From: an uncultured delta proteobacterium | GTDB taxonomy: Bacteria; Desulfobacterota; Syntrophorhabdia; Syntrophorhabdales; WCHB1-27 | Assembly: GCA_963810935.1 (NCBI GenBank) | Contig: CAWEPK010000009.1 | Location: 128,001-192,000, forward strand | Length of the DNA: 64,000 bases | Reading direction: 5' to 3' | In this document: positions 47,939-57,809 of the stretch, piece after piece | Position numbering within the stretch: the first letter of the stretch is position 1 | Layout: each line of letters starts with the position of its first letter | Notes under the pieces: generated by a model | The model's input: the letters and a program-made list of their open reading frames with translations, nothing else | Told to the model about the DNA's origin: nothing | The model's database searches: none | Made by a program: the position numbers and the translations under genes

Positions 47939-48751
47939 TTATTTCTTCCCGCGCCCCCCTGCTGCGGCCCGACCTGCGTAGCGCGGGAGGAAAACGAATT
48001 TCAGCACGAGTCCGATGACCAGCATGGCCACGCTGAGAAGCTGGCCCATGGTAAAAAGACCGAGGATATATCCCACCTGCACGTCCGGCTCCCTGAACAT
48101 CTCGCAGAAAATGCGGAACAGCGGGTAAAATATCAAAAAGACCGCGAAAACGTCCCCTTCGTTTTTCTTCCTTGTCCGGTACAGCCAGAGGATAACGAAA
48201 AGGACGACGCCCTCCAGGAGGGCTTCGTAAAGCTGCGAGGGGTGCCTGCCCACGTTGCCGCCCTCAGGGAAGGCCATGGCCCATGGTACGTCCGTCGGCC
48301 TGCCGTACAGCTCGCCGTTGATGAAGTTCCCTATCCTCCCGAAGAATATGCCTATGGGCGCGGTGGGGATGATAAGGTCCGCCATGGTCAGGAAAGAGAG
48401 CCCCCTTCGCCGCATCGCCCAGTAGCCCATGATGAACGTACCGGCGGCCCCGCCGTGAAAAGACATGCCGCCGTGCCAGAGGACGAAAATCTCCAGGGGA
48501 TGCTCGATATAGAACGGCAGGTTGTAAAAAAGGACGTAGCCCAGGCGCGCGCCGATGAGCAGCCCCAGCACCAGGTAGAAGTAAATGTCGTCGATCTGCG
48601 CCTTCGTGACCCCCTTCGGCGAGCGCCGCGCCTGATAGACCACGAGGAAATAGGACGACGCGAAGCCCAGGACGTACATCATGCCGTACCAGCGGACGGC
48701 AAAGGGGCCTATCCTGAATATCTCCGGCGGTATGTGGGGATAAGGGATCAA
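47939..48751 (-). CDS. lgt: Prolipoprotein diacylglyceryl transferase
   Basis: WYG, GGMSFHGG, GRIGNFINGEL.GR, HPSQLYE. Confidence 0.97.
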   Translation of the reverse strand: MIPYPHIPPEIFRIGPFAVRWYGMMYVLGFASSYFLVVYQARRSPKGVTKAQIDDIYFYLVLGLLIGARLGYVLFYNLPFYIEHPLEIFVLWHGGMSFHGGAAGTFIMGYWAMRRRGLSFLTMADLIIPTAPIGIFFGRIGNFINGELYGRPTDVPWAMAFPEGGNVGRHPSQLYEALLEGVVLFVILWLYRTRKKNEGDVFAVFLIFYPLFRIFCEMFREPDVQVGYILGLFTMGQLLSVAMLVIGLVLKFVFLPRYAGRAAAGGRGKK

Positions 48752-49365
48752 AGCTTATTGACCTCCAGCATCTTCCACAGGTCGGCGGCCTGCCTGAAGA
48801 CGAGGCCGTTGATGCCCATGCCCGACGCGGACGTTACATACTCTTCCGTGTCGTCGATATAGAAGACCTCGTCCCTTCTTACGTCGCACTTCTCGAATAT
48901 GGCGTCGTATATCCGCCGTTTAGGTTTTTTTGCACCTACTTCGAAGGAGAGTATCCATTCGTCCATGACGTGCACGATGGGGTAGCGGTCGATGATATGG
49001 GTGAAATGAAGCTCGTTCGTGTTGCTCAGGAGAAAGAGGGGGAAGCCCTTCGCCTTCAGGTAGACTATGATCTCGTTGACTTCCGTGTCCTCCCGGAAGA
49101 TGTTGTTCCATATATCCTTGAAGTCGTCGAATCCAAGTGAAAGGCGGTAGCGCTCCTTCAAGTTGAGAAAAAACTCCAGGGATGATGAGTTGCCCTCTTC
49201 GTAGCCGTTGATCGACCCGTTTTTAAGGTCGAAAAGGTACGAGAAAATGTCGGAAGGGGTGCACGCGCCCTTTGCCTCCGAGCAGGCGTAGAGCTTATGT
49301 GCTATCTGCCGGTGGTCGAACGGCAGGATCACGTTCCCGAGGTCAAATACAAAGAGCTTTATCAT
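48748..49365 (-). CDS. HAD-family phosphatase (YihX-like)
   Basis: FDLGNV, LSNTN, KP, YIDD. Confidence 0.9.
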   Translation of the reverse strand: MIKLFVFDLGNVILPFDHRQIAHKLYACSEAKGACTPSDIFSYLFDLKNGSINGYEEGNSSSLEFFLNLKERYRLSLGFDDFKDIWNNIFREDTEVNEIIVYLKAKGFPLFLLSNTNELHFTHIIDRYPIVHVMDEWILSFEVGAKKPKRRIYDAIFEKCDVRRDEVFYIDDTEEYVTSASGMGINGLVFRQAADLWKMLEVNKL

Positions 49366-50032
49366 GGATGAAAACCTTATCAGGGTTGAGTGGGCCGTAT
49401 AGATTGAAGGGGTCGCACAGGTGCTGCCACCCGCAGATATGGACGAGGCGGGCAGGTGCGGGCGCGTGGCCCTGCATTATGCCTGCAATCGCCCTGCTCA
49501 TATGCCTGTCCCGCAAGCGCATCTCCCTGGTGTAGGAAAACGCCCTTACGCCTTTTTCAAAGAAAAGCCTGGCGATGGCCGCCTGGAAGGAGACGCCGCC
49601 GGGCATAGGGTGCGCCAGGAGCCCGGCCAGGTTCTTCCTGGAGACGAGCTCTTCCATCCGGGCGAGGCGCGCACAGGAGAAACAGTCGACGTCTATAGGG
49701 AAGACCTGAACGCCGTGCCTCGCGCAATAATCCGAGGCAGACGCGAACTCGAAAGGAGGGTCGATATAAGATAAAACCGCCTCAAGACCGGCCTCGTCGA
49801 CGTTGAAGCCGTCCCGTCTCAGCTCCTCCACCGTGGAGATCACCTGCCCTTTGAGGGCCTCTCCCTTCGACCGCCTGTATTCGAGTCCATAGCGCGAAAC
49901 CTCAACAGTGACAGCGTCGGGCCGCGCAGATTCGAGCCAGCCGGGAAGGAGAGCCCTGCCCTTCCCGTCCCCGTGGATAACGCCTATCATGATAAATTGA
50001 TTCTCACCCGGCCGGGCGTATGGAGCGCTCAT
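49343..50032 (-). CDS. Hypothetical protein (TraB/Tiki-like motifs)
   Basis: GVIH, VTVE, RDRHM, GWQH; overlaps the HAD gene; upstream TTGACA-N17-TACTCT. Confidence 0.65.
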   Translation of the reverse strand: MSAPYARPGENQFIMIGVIHGDGKGRALLPGWLESARPDAVTVEVSRYGLEYRRSKGEALKGQVISTVEELRRDGFNVDEAGLEAVLSYIDPPFEFASASDYCARHGVQVFPIDVDCFSCARLARMEELVSRKNLAGLLAHPMPGGVSFQAAIARLFFEKGVRAFSYTREMRLRDRHMSRAIAGIMQGHAPAPARLVHICGWQHLCDPFNLYGPLNPDKVFIHDKALCI

Positions 50033-50212
50033 GTTGAGATGCTAGAGTACCATGCCGGAAAAAGGCTGTCAAACAAGGGGCAGGCAGGGACAGAGGCGGA
50101 GGCGCGCGCAATCCGCGCTCACGAATTGCTTTACTTTGGCCGCCTGTTTGTTGTTAGAATGAGAGAGGCGGGCAGCGGCCGAATCCGAAAATGGCCCGCA
50201 CGGATAATATTA

Positions 50213-50659
50213 ATGGACAGCGAGAAGCCTTCACAATTCGATAATCTGCCCGTTGAAGGCTGGTTCTGGGAACTTGTCAGGAGAGACGCACGTTTCAGAA
50301 AGCGGTTCGCGCAGATGGAGGAGGCCGTGCAGGCCCATGCCGCCTCCCGCCTCACCGATGACGACTACGGCCGCGCCCTGAAAAACTACCTGGCCCACCT
50401 GCGCAGATACGGCATAGAGACATTCTCCCTGCCCGGCCCCGAAGACCGGAAAAACCTCGCAGCCCTCGGCTTCTACCTTATTCTTCCCCAGCCCGGAAAA
50501 GAGCAGCTCCTCGCAGTGCCGAGGCCCGACGTGCCGTATACGGGCTTCGGGCACGGCCCTAAGCCGACCCCACGCAAAGTCGACATGCCGGAAAAGGTCT
50601 TCGACCGCGACCGCATCAGGAAACTCCTCGCAAAATACGACCTTCTCGAAAAGAAATAA
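50213..50659 (+). CDS. Hypothetical protein with a WxWExxRR motif (start uncertain)
   Basis: Fills the gap before spoVG; GWFWELVRRDARF. Confidence 0.55.
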   Translation: MDSEKPSQFDNLPVEGWFWELVRRDARFRKRFAQMEEAVQAHAASRLTDDDYGRALKNYLAHLRRYGIETFSLPGPEDRKNLAALGFYLILPQPGKEQLLAVPRPDVPYTGFGHGPKPTPRKVDMPEKVFDRDRIRKLLAKYDLLEKK

Positions 50660-50975
50660 GCAGCCCGAAAAAACTGCCTGTCTGCCCGGCAAGCCTATCT
50701 GTACCCTTTCGCCCAAGCCCAGCAACGATCGCGCATGCGGGGCCGGTACGAAAGATGCAGCAGCAACGGAATCGGGTCGCCGTAACGGGGGCAAGGGGCA
50801 AAGGGCGGCGGCCCGAAACAACACGGCGCACCAAGGATAAACCGGCCTGCTGCGGCATGATGCGGACACCGGGCGCGGTGTCGGGTAAGCGAACAGGTTG
50901 TAACGCTTTCGGACGTTTTTCGGCTTTACATCGGGAAGGTCCGGGGCGAGGCGAAAGGGGTAAAGCGGGGTAGAC

Positions 50976-51266
50976 ATGAAAGTCACCGGGGTACGCGTCC
51001 ACCTGACGGCCGAAGAACATGTACTGGCTTACATATCGATAGTCCTTGACGAATCCTTCATCATAAGGGACCTCAAGCTGATAGAGGAAAACGGCAAGAT
51101 AATCGTGGCGATGCCGAGCAAGAAGATGAGGGACGGCGGATACAGGGACACCGCCCATCCCCTAAACCACGAGACACGGCGGATAATCGAGGCCCGGGTG
51201 ATCGAAGCCTACAGGGAGGAAGTTGATAAGGGCCGGGAACGTACGAGGGATGCAGCCGGCGGCTAA
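50976..51266 (+). CDS. spoVG: SpoVG-family nucleic-acid-binding protein
   Basis: MKVTGVRV, VAMPSKK..DG.YRDTAHP. Confidence 0.93.
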   Translation: MKVTGVRVHLTAEEHVLAYISIVLDESFIIRDLKLIEENGKIIVAMPSKKMRDGGYRDTAHPLNHETRRIIEARVIEAYREEVDKGRERTRDAAGG

Positions 51267-51294
51267 GGTAAGTACGCTGCAAAGTTTTACGATC

Positions 51295-51378
51295 ATAAAG
51301 CAAGCGAATGCGCAGCGCTTAAGCGGGGTGGCTCCACGAGCTTTGCTCGTGGAGGGGGTGCTGAACCCCAATAATTGC
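51295..51378 (+). repeat. Dispersed structured repeat, copy D
   Basis: ATAAAGCAAGCGAATGCGCAGCGCTTAAGCGGGGTGGCTCCACGAGCTTTGCTCGTGGAGGGGGTGCTGAACCCCAATAATTGC. Confidence 0.88.
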
Positions 51379-51436
51379 AAAGGTAGGCGGCCTGATTGCG
51401 CCTGCACCAATCTTCCTTTGAAAAGGGGGAATTCCC

Positions 51437-53098
51437 GTGAAAACCAGGTTAATGGGTCTGGCAGCCCTGACATGTGTTACTCTCGTTACGCTCGTCCTCG
51501 TCTCCGTCGTTGCGCGCGGGGCGACGCAGACCCACGACAGGCGACCGGGCGAGCAGCTCGTGGTGCGGAATATCGTTGCGGGCCAGGACATCACGAGCCA
51601 CGAGTGGGGCATGGTCCGGCTGGAAGTGGGCATCGAGAGGAAGGGGGCGCCTAACAGCGGCAAGAGGGCGAAGGCGCGGCGGAGCCCGCTGAAGATTAAG
51701 GTGGACAACAAGGAAGTAGACTGCTACGTCGTCAGCTCATCGACCGGGTACGAGGGCAAAAAGACATACGCATATAAAACCGTAGCGATCCGGCTGGGTC
51801 CCCAGCCGGGCCCTAAGGTGATCACGGTACTTAACGACGGTCTTACGAAGAGCATACCCGTCAATTACAACCCTTCCGGCCAGCTCGAGTTCACGAACCT
51901 CTACGACCGCCAGGCCGTCTTCGGAAAGAAGCCGGTAATTATAAGCTGGTTCGGCTGCTACCTGGCGAAGGAGAGCGTCAAGATCAGCATAAACGGGGAA
52001 GCCCTGCCATCGGCAACAATGGAAAACCCACCTGAAGCGCCCGAGCTGCTGGCCGGCCGCATATCCGCGACGGAACGGCTTAACCAGGGCTCCAACAAAA
52101 TAAAAATAGAGGCCCTCGATGTCAAAGGCGCAAAATTCGAGAAAGAGCTGGTCATGCAATATTATCCGGAGAACAGGGTCCCTATAGGTGATGAGTTCGC
52201 CGTAAGCCTAGGCATGGAGGACCCAAAGTCCGGGCCTTACCACGACGTAACGGTTGAAGGCGCGAGCCTAGTTAAGACGGGTGAGACGGGCATCAGGCCG
52301 GGACCGGAGAGGATGGGAGGACAGACGGTCGTCCCGCCGGGCAAGGTTGTCCTGGCCTGGTTCAAGGCGGTAGGTCCCGGCGAAACCGCAATCGCCACCA
52401 AGGTGAAGCAGTATGCCACGGACGACCCGAAGGAGGTCGAGAGGGCGCGGGTGGCCGTCTACTATTCAGCGACGGCCGGGCTCTCGGAGGCGGAAAACGC
52501 CCTCGGCCTCCAGAAGTACGTTGTTAAAAACCTTTTCACATGCGGCATTCCGGGCGAATGGGTCAAGGCCGAGAACCCGGACGGTGAGAATAACGTCGTC
52601 GGAGTCAGCGCGTACGAAAAATCACCGCAGGACATGCCTGCCGCGAGGGTATCGATAGCCTTTTACAGCCCTGATTCGGCTGCCGGAAAAACCGGAGCGC
52701 AAGCCTATATCGACGCGCTCATGAAGGAGGTACAGCCGGAGAAAAGAAGCGATGACCCCGCCTTGATCAACTGGATCCTCAAGGCGTACGATGAGGTGGA
52801 AAAGAGAGTCTGGGAAGCCGTTGAGAAATGGCAGCCGGAGCAAAGCGTGCCGCCCGTCATGAAACTCATGGAGGCGACTATAGCGGGGAGACAGGCCAGG
52901 GTGGTAGAGCGCAACGCATTCTTCGTCAAGTCTAAAATGATCGTTTTTAAGAGCAGGATCCCCGTGGCGGAGAGGTTTGTCGTGATCCCGGCGGACGCGG
53001 GCTTTTACGTCCTCAGCTTCAGCACGCCCGCTTCCGACGCCGAAAAGAACCGGGAGCTTTTCGCGACTATAACAGGCTCGTTTAGGCCGCTGAAATAG
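51437..53098 (+). CDS. Exported multidomain hypothetical protein (beta-rich N-terminus, PsbP-like C-terminus)
   Basis: Signal or anchor segment; 553-aa ORF; ends F..I..SF. Confidence 0.7.
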   Translation: MKTRLMGLAALTCVTLVTLVLVSVVARGATQTHDRRPGEQLVVRNIVAGQDITSHEWGMVRLEVGIERKGAPNSGKRAKARRSPLKIKVDNKEVDCYVVSSSTGYEGKKTYAYKTVAIRLGPQPGPKVITVLNDGLTKSIPVNYNPSGQLEFTNLYDRQAVFGKKPVIISWFGCYLAKESVKISINGEALPSATMENPPEAPELLAGRISATERLNQGSNKIKIEALDVKGAKFEKELVMQYYPENRVPIGDEFAVSLGMEDPKSGPYHDVTVEGASLVKTGETGIRPGPERMGGQTVVPPGKVVLAWFKAVGPGETAIATKVKQYATDDPKEVERARVAVYYSATAGLSEAENALGLQKYVVKNLFTCGIPGEWVKAENPDGENNVVGVSAYEKSPQDMPAARVSIAFYSPDSAAGKTGAQAYIDALMKEVQPEKRSDDPALINWILKAYDEVEKRVWEAVEKWQPEQSVPPVMKLMEATIAGRQARVVERNAFFVKSKMIVFKSRIPVAERFVVIPADAGFYVLSFSTPASDAEKNRELFATITGSFRPLK

Positions 53099-53130
53099 CG
53101 CCTGCGGGAGGCGGACGCGCCGGGTAAGGA

Positions 53131-54053
53131 TTATCCGCCGGATGTGTAAACAGCGTAGGCGTCATCTACGCTCCTGTCCTCTATCGTGAGGGCATATATG
53201 GCGTTGCACATCCTGACCGCGTCCTGAAGCGGCTTCTGGTGCACGTTCCTGCCGGTGGCGTTTCCCGCACTCCACTCACGTGTATCTGGTCGTGGAGCCT
53301 TTGCAGGAAGACGCGGACGTCGTCACTCTCACCGCCTGCGCAGACGACCTTCGTCCTGCCGGCGGCCAGTACCGCCTCCTTCAACGCCTCGGCCGGGTTT
53401 GCACCTTCTTTCTTCGGAAAGTTCACCTTGACGAAATCGCTGCCGAGGCAGGCGGCGACGCCCGCAGCGCCGGCGATGAGGTGCGGGTCTTTCTCGTCTT
53501 TGACCGCCTTGCCGCGCGGATACATCCATAGCACGGACACGTACCCTCGGAGGTGCGCCTCGTAGACGGTCCGGGCCGCCTCCACCAGCATCTCCGACTC
53601 GTGCTCGCTCCCGAGGTAGATCGTATAGCCGACGCCCATAATCCGCAGGCCGCTGTTCCTGTGGAACTCGGCCACGTGCCCTACGTCGAACCATCGCGCG
53701 CTCAGCGGGTCGCACTGCGCGGTCTTGACCAGGTTTGTCTTAGAGTTGAGCTTGACGAGGTACTGGACGCCCGGGTAGTCCCGGCCGTATCGCGCTATCA
53801 GCCCCAATTGGGCGGCAAAGACGCCTATCCGCGCTTTGTCCGCTATACGGAAAAGGTGCTAGGGGTCGTTGTCGTCCGCGGAGATGCCCTCCCCGTAGAA
53901 ATCGTCGTTCAGGTGCTCGACCTTCTGGTCGCCGGCAAAAAGCATCAGCCGTCCCGTCTTTCGCGTGACCGCCGTGTAATTCATTGCATAAGTCTCGCTC
54001 GCCGCCTGCGGCACATCCGCGGGCACGCATACGCTGTCGATCTTGGTCGTCAT
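53131..54053 (-). pseudogene. Class I (DhnA-type) fructose-bisphosphate aldolase with an in-frame TAG (53859-53861) and a 1-bp deletion near 53270
   Basis: LFAGDQKVEH, VKLNSKT, WMYPRG, DFVKV (Schiff-base Lys); GNATGRNVHQ in shifted frame; AGGAGG SD. Confidence 0.82.
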
Positions 54054-54181
54054 GATCTCCTCCTTCGTCAGGCTGCCTGTTTGAACTTCTCTTTTTATCT
54101 TATGCCTGCCCGCCTTAAATGTCAGATGGGTCTGTTCCTGTGCGCCCGTCTTTCCGTGTATGCCGCGAATGTCTCGAACGC

Positions 54182-54245
54182 TTGACAAGAACATGCCTCC
54201 AGCATACCTTATAGGTAAGCTTTCAACTTTGTTTGGTGTATACAA
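54182..54245 (+). promoter_or_regulatory. pfk promoter with downstream TGTATACA operator
   Basis: TTGACA-N17-TACCTT; GTGTATACAA at 54236-54245. Confidence 0.55.
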
Positions 54246-54269
54246 TACCGTGCAGCGGGAGGGTAACCG

Positions 54270-55436
54270 GTGCAGAAGCGAAGGGTAGGCATTCTCACCG
54301 GCGGCGGCGATGTCCCCGGTCTCAATGTCGCCATAAAGGCTGTCGTATCACAGGCCGAGAACCATGCCATCCAGGTAATGGGCATCAGGACCGGATGGAA
54401 AGGGCTCATGTGCGTCAATCCGGACGACCCGGAAACCATCTCCAGGTTTATCCTCGACCTCAACACGGAGAACGTGCGGACCATCGACCGGACGGGCGGT
54501 ACTTTCCTTCATACCTCGCGCACCAACCCCAGCAACGTATTGCCTGAAGAGGTCCCCGATTTCATCCGGCAGGAGGACAGGGCGCAGACGGCGAAGGGCA
54601 CCGTCGATTGCACGCGCCATATCCTGAGGGTGCTTGATAAGCTGGGCGTAGAGGCGATGATACCCATCGGCGGCGACGATACGCTCAGCTTTGCCAGCCG
54701 CCTGCACAAAGAGGGCTTCAAAGTGGTGGCTATACCGAAGACGATGGACAACGATGTCTTCGGGACCGATTTCTGCATCGGTTTTTCAACCGCAGTCACG
54801 CGCTCGGTTGCAGCCATCCATGCCCTTCGCACGACCGTTGGCTCACACGAGCGCATCGGCGTAATAGAGCTTTTCGGAAGGAATTCGGGGGAAACCTCCC
54901 TTTTTGCCGCATATCTCGCAGACGTAGACCGGGCAGTCATTTCTGAAGTCCCCTTCGATATCGAAAAGCTGGCGCAGTTCCTGCGTGACGACCGGGCCGG
55001 CAATCCTTCCCACTACGCGATCATGACCATATCGGAGGGCGCCTACTTCAAGGGGGGCACCATCTTAGAAAGCGGGGAGGCGGACGCGTACGGCCATAAG
55101 AAGCTGGGCGGGATCGGCTCCGTCGTCGCCGGCGAGATCAGGAACCGGACCGGGATAAACATCATATACCAGCAGCTAGCCTACTTGATGCGCTCGGGCG
55201 CCCCCGATTCGCTCGACCGCATTGTCTCCGTATCGTACGGGATACTGGCACTCGACCAGATAGCCCACGGCGTCACCGGCCGGATGGTCGCGCTGCAGCA
55301 GGGCATCTACACTACGGTTCCGCTGGAGCTGGTCACGGCCGCCAAAAAACGCGTGGACGTGACTGCGCTTTACGATTCCGAGAACTACAGGCCCAAGGTG
55401 CAGAACATGCTGGGCAAGCCCATGTTCCTCTACTAA
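54270..55436 (+). CDS. pfkA: 6-phosphofructokinase family, PPi-type signature
   Basis: [22 protein letters not shown]. Confidence 0.92.
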   Translation: MQKRRVGILTGGGDVPGLNVAIKAVVSQAENHAIQVMGIRTGWKGLMCVNPDDPETISRFILDLNTENVRTIDRTGGTFLHTSRTNPSNVLPEEVPDFIRQEDRAQTAKGTVDCTRHILRVLDKLGVEAMIPIGGDDTLSFASRLHKEGFKVVAIPKTMDNDVFGTDFCIGFSTAVTRSVAAIHALRTTVGSHERIGVIELFGRNSGETSLFAAYLADVDRAVISEVPFDIEKLAQFLRDDRAGNPSHYAIMTISEGAYFKGGTILESGEADAYGHKKLGGIGSVVAGEIRNRTGINIIYQQLAYLMRSGAPDSLDRIVSVSYGILALDQIAHGVTGRMVALQQGIYTTVPLELVTAAKKRVDVTALYDSENYRPKVQNMLGKPMFLY

Positions 55437-55458
55437 AAGCGCCGGACCGCGCACTGGA

Positions 55459-56646
55459 ATGGTCTACCTCGACGACATAAAGGCGGCCGGGAAGTTGATA
55501 GAGAGCGCGGTCCATAAAACCCCTCTCCTCCATTCAAGCTCCCTTTCTCTTCTGACGGGGGCAGACGTTTACATCAAGGCCGAATACCTTCAAAAAACGG
55601 GCTCCTTCAAAGTCAGGGGCGCGTTCAACAAGATGGCGCATGCAGGGAAAGGACGCGTGGCTGCGGCATCGATGGGAAACCACGCCCAGGCAGTCGCTTA
55701 CGCTGCCCGCAGGATGGGGATGCAGGCGCTCATTGTCATGCCGAAAACGGTGTCGATAGTGAAGGAAGAGGCTACGCGCTCATACGGGGCGGAAGTGCTG
55801 CTTTGGGGCGACACGTTTCAGGAGGCCCTGGATCATGCCCTCTCCCTGAAAGGCTATACCTTCGTCCACGCGTACGACGACGAGCAGGTCATCGCGGGGC
55901 AGGGGACTGTATGCCTGGAGATAGCGGAGGAGCTCGACGCGATCGACGCGGTCCTTGTCCCGGTGGGCGGCGGCGGCCTGATCGCGGGTTGCGCCGTAGC
56001 AATGAAAGCGCTTTCCCCGGCCACCGAGGTCATAGGCGTCCAGACGAAGGCGGCCCCTTCGGCCGTCCTGTCCTTCGAGGAGGGGAAGCCCCTGAGCGTC
56101 CCTCCTGAAAGGACGCTGGCCGACGGCATCGCCGTCGGAAGGGTCGGCGAAAGAACCCTGCCCCTGATAAGGGAATATGTGGACGGGATGCTTAGTGTCG
56201 GGGAGGACGCCATAGCGATGGCCATCCTCCTTTTGATGGAGCGAAGCAAGGCCGTAGTCGAAGGCGCGGGCGCGGCGCCGCTGGCCGCTCTTTTAGAGAA
56301 CAAGGAGCGGTTCAGGGGCAGGCGGGTCGCGCTGGTCGCAAGCGGCGGCAACATCGACCCGACCCTCTTGGACAGGATGATCTACAAGGGCCTTCTGACC
56401 TCCGGCAGGATCGTAACCTTTGAGGTCACGGCCGACGACGTGCCGGGAATTCTTTCCGCGCTGGCGGGCATCGTCGCAGCCCGCAGGGGCAACGTCCTCA
56501 ACGTCCGGCACGACAGGCTGCACGCTGACCTGCCCATAGGCAGGACAAGGGTCACCTTCGTCGTCGAGACGCGTAAGGCGGGCCACCTGGACGAGATTAT
56601 CGACGATATGAAGGCACGGGGCTACGAGGTAAGAAAGAACGGGTGA
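55459..56646 (+). CDS. ilvA: Threonine ammonia-lyase with C-terminal ACT domain
   Basis: QKTGSFKVRGA, GNHAQ, VGGGGL, SGGN. Confidence 0.93.
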   Translation: MVYLDDIKAAGKLIESAVHKTPLLHSSSLSLLTGADVYIKAEYLQKTGSFKVRGAFNKMAHAGKGRVAAASMGNHAQAVAYAARRMGMQALIVMPKTVSIVKEEATRSYGAEVLLWGDTFQEALDHALSLKGYTFVHAYDDEQVIAGQGTVCLEIAEELDAIDAVLVPVGGGGLIAGCAVAMKALSPATEVIGVQTKAAPSAVLSFEEGKPLSVPPERTLADGIAVGRVGERTLPLIREYVDGMLSVGEDAIAMAILLLMERSKAVVEGAGAAPLAALLENKERFRGRRVALVASGGNIDPTLLDRMIYKGLLTSGRIVTFEVTADDVPGILSALAGIVAARRGNVLNVRHDRLHADLPIGRTRVTFVVETRKAGHLDEIIDDMKARGYEVRKNG

Positions 56647-57072
56647 AAAGAAGCGTCGCTTCTTTCTATTTACGGCCTTTTTTGGCCCGCGTTATCGACG
56701 CCCTCATCGATTTGACTTCCCTGCAGTAATCGCACATGCCCTCAGCGTCGAGCAGGTCCGCAAAGACCTGTTTGCCGCACCTTGAGCAAGACTTAAACCA
56801 TGGCTTAACGACCGTTACGGTCGTTGCACTATTCTGCATAGTTTTCCGGATTCCCGATGAAATGAAAAATGAACGAGTCCATTCTATCCTTCCCCCCGAT
56901 TTTGGTCAAGCAAATTCTTAAAAATTTTTTTATGCCGTCCCCAGGACCTTTTTCGCGCCTCTTCGGGTGGGTGTCCGGGGGTGTGCGAACCAAAATGATT
57001 GCAGGTTGACAGGGACGTGCTTCGTCTGATAGCATGGAGGCGAAAAGACCCGAACGGAAGAAAGGAAGGGGA

Positions 57073-57531
57073 ATGGACAGAAAAGAGGTAGGACCGGATT
57101 ACAGCGGCGAGTCTGTGGTCCTGCGGACCAGGCTGCACTGGGTTATAATAGCCGGCCCTGCCGCGCTCATGGTCATCGCCGGCCTTTCCCTGGAGCATAA
57201 AGGGACCTCCGCCGAGGTGGTCCTGGCCCTTGCAGTCCTTTGGGGCATCTTTTCCTCGATAAGCTTCGAGCGGTCCGAGATCGTGCTGACAAAAGCAAGG
57301 CTCCTTCTGAAGGTGGGTTTCCCGTGGCGCCGCTCGTACGATTTTCCCCTTGCCGACGTTCAGGACGTAATCGTATATCAGCCTTCCTTAGGAAAGTTTC
57401 TCGACTTCGGCAAGATAACGATCAGGCGGAAGAACGGCAAAAGGTCGGTCTTCCGGATGGTAAGGTCGCCCCACGTGCTTGCTCAGGCGATATACGAGCA
57501 ACAGCAAGCCGGAGCGCCGGGGAACGAATAG
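57073..57531 (+). CDS. Membrane protein with a bacterial PH domain
   Basis: RLHW, two TM segments, V.Q..LG..L.FG.I. Confidence 0.7.
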   Translation: MDRKEVGPDYSGESVVLRTRLHWVIIAGPAALMVIAGLSLEHKGTSAEVVLALAVLWGIFSSISFERSEIVLTKARLLLKVGFPWRRSYDFPLADVQDVIVYQPSLGKFLDFGKITIRRKNGKRSVFRMVRSPHVLAQAIYEQQQAGAPGNE

Positions 57532-57609
57532 CCTTTTGTCGGCTGCCTCTCTTCACTTTCGGCTCCTGCCGGGAATCCCGCGTGCATTATCCTTTCACCC
57601 GCGCTTCTG

Positions 57610-57638
57610 TTGACAAAAATCGCGCAAACGCTTACCAT
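57610..57638 (+). promoter_or_regulatory. sigma70-type promoter
   Basis: TTGACA-N17-TACCAT. Confidence 0.7.
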
Positions 57639-57643
57639 TGATA

Positions 57644-57754
57644 GGAACGGCGAGCGATAAGCAGGGTACTCTCGCATGGGGGCAGGTTACCCGGTGTGTC
57701 GGCGGTCGCCCGGACCTAAAAGAAAGCGGCACTTGCGCTCGCTTGCCTTTCTTT
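57644..57754 (+). ncRNA. Candidate structured leader RNA or sRNA (unassigned)
   Basis: 5' and 3' ends pair (57649-57661 with 57732-57743), two internal stems, then TTTCTTT. Confidence 0.4.
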
Positions 57755-57809
57755 AATAGCTGCAAAGCAGATCCAAAGGAAAATTAGCGCGCTTCGCGGG
57801 AGATGATGG

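Noticed and set aside
6683..51378. Repeat copies as a CRISPR array
   Set aside because: Copies are kilobases apart with no repeat-spacer periodicity and no cas genes.
53859..53861. Pyrrolysine read-through
   Set aside because: No pyl genes in the window, the position fits Glu, and the gene has a second lesion.
56806..56824. Palindrome AACGACCG-TTA-CGGTCGTT in the ilvA downstream gap
   Set aside because: Single occurrence, no U-tract and no linked regulator; cannot be assigned.
57644..57754. SRP RNA, tRNA-Sec or c-di-GMP-II assignment
   Set aside because: No CAGG..GGAA..AGCAG domain, no T-loop, and no AGTGC pseudoknot partner for GGCAC.
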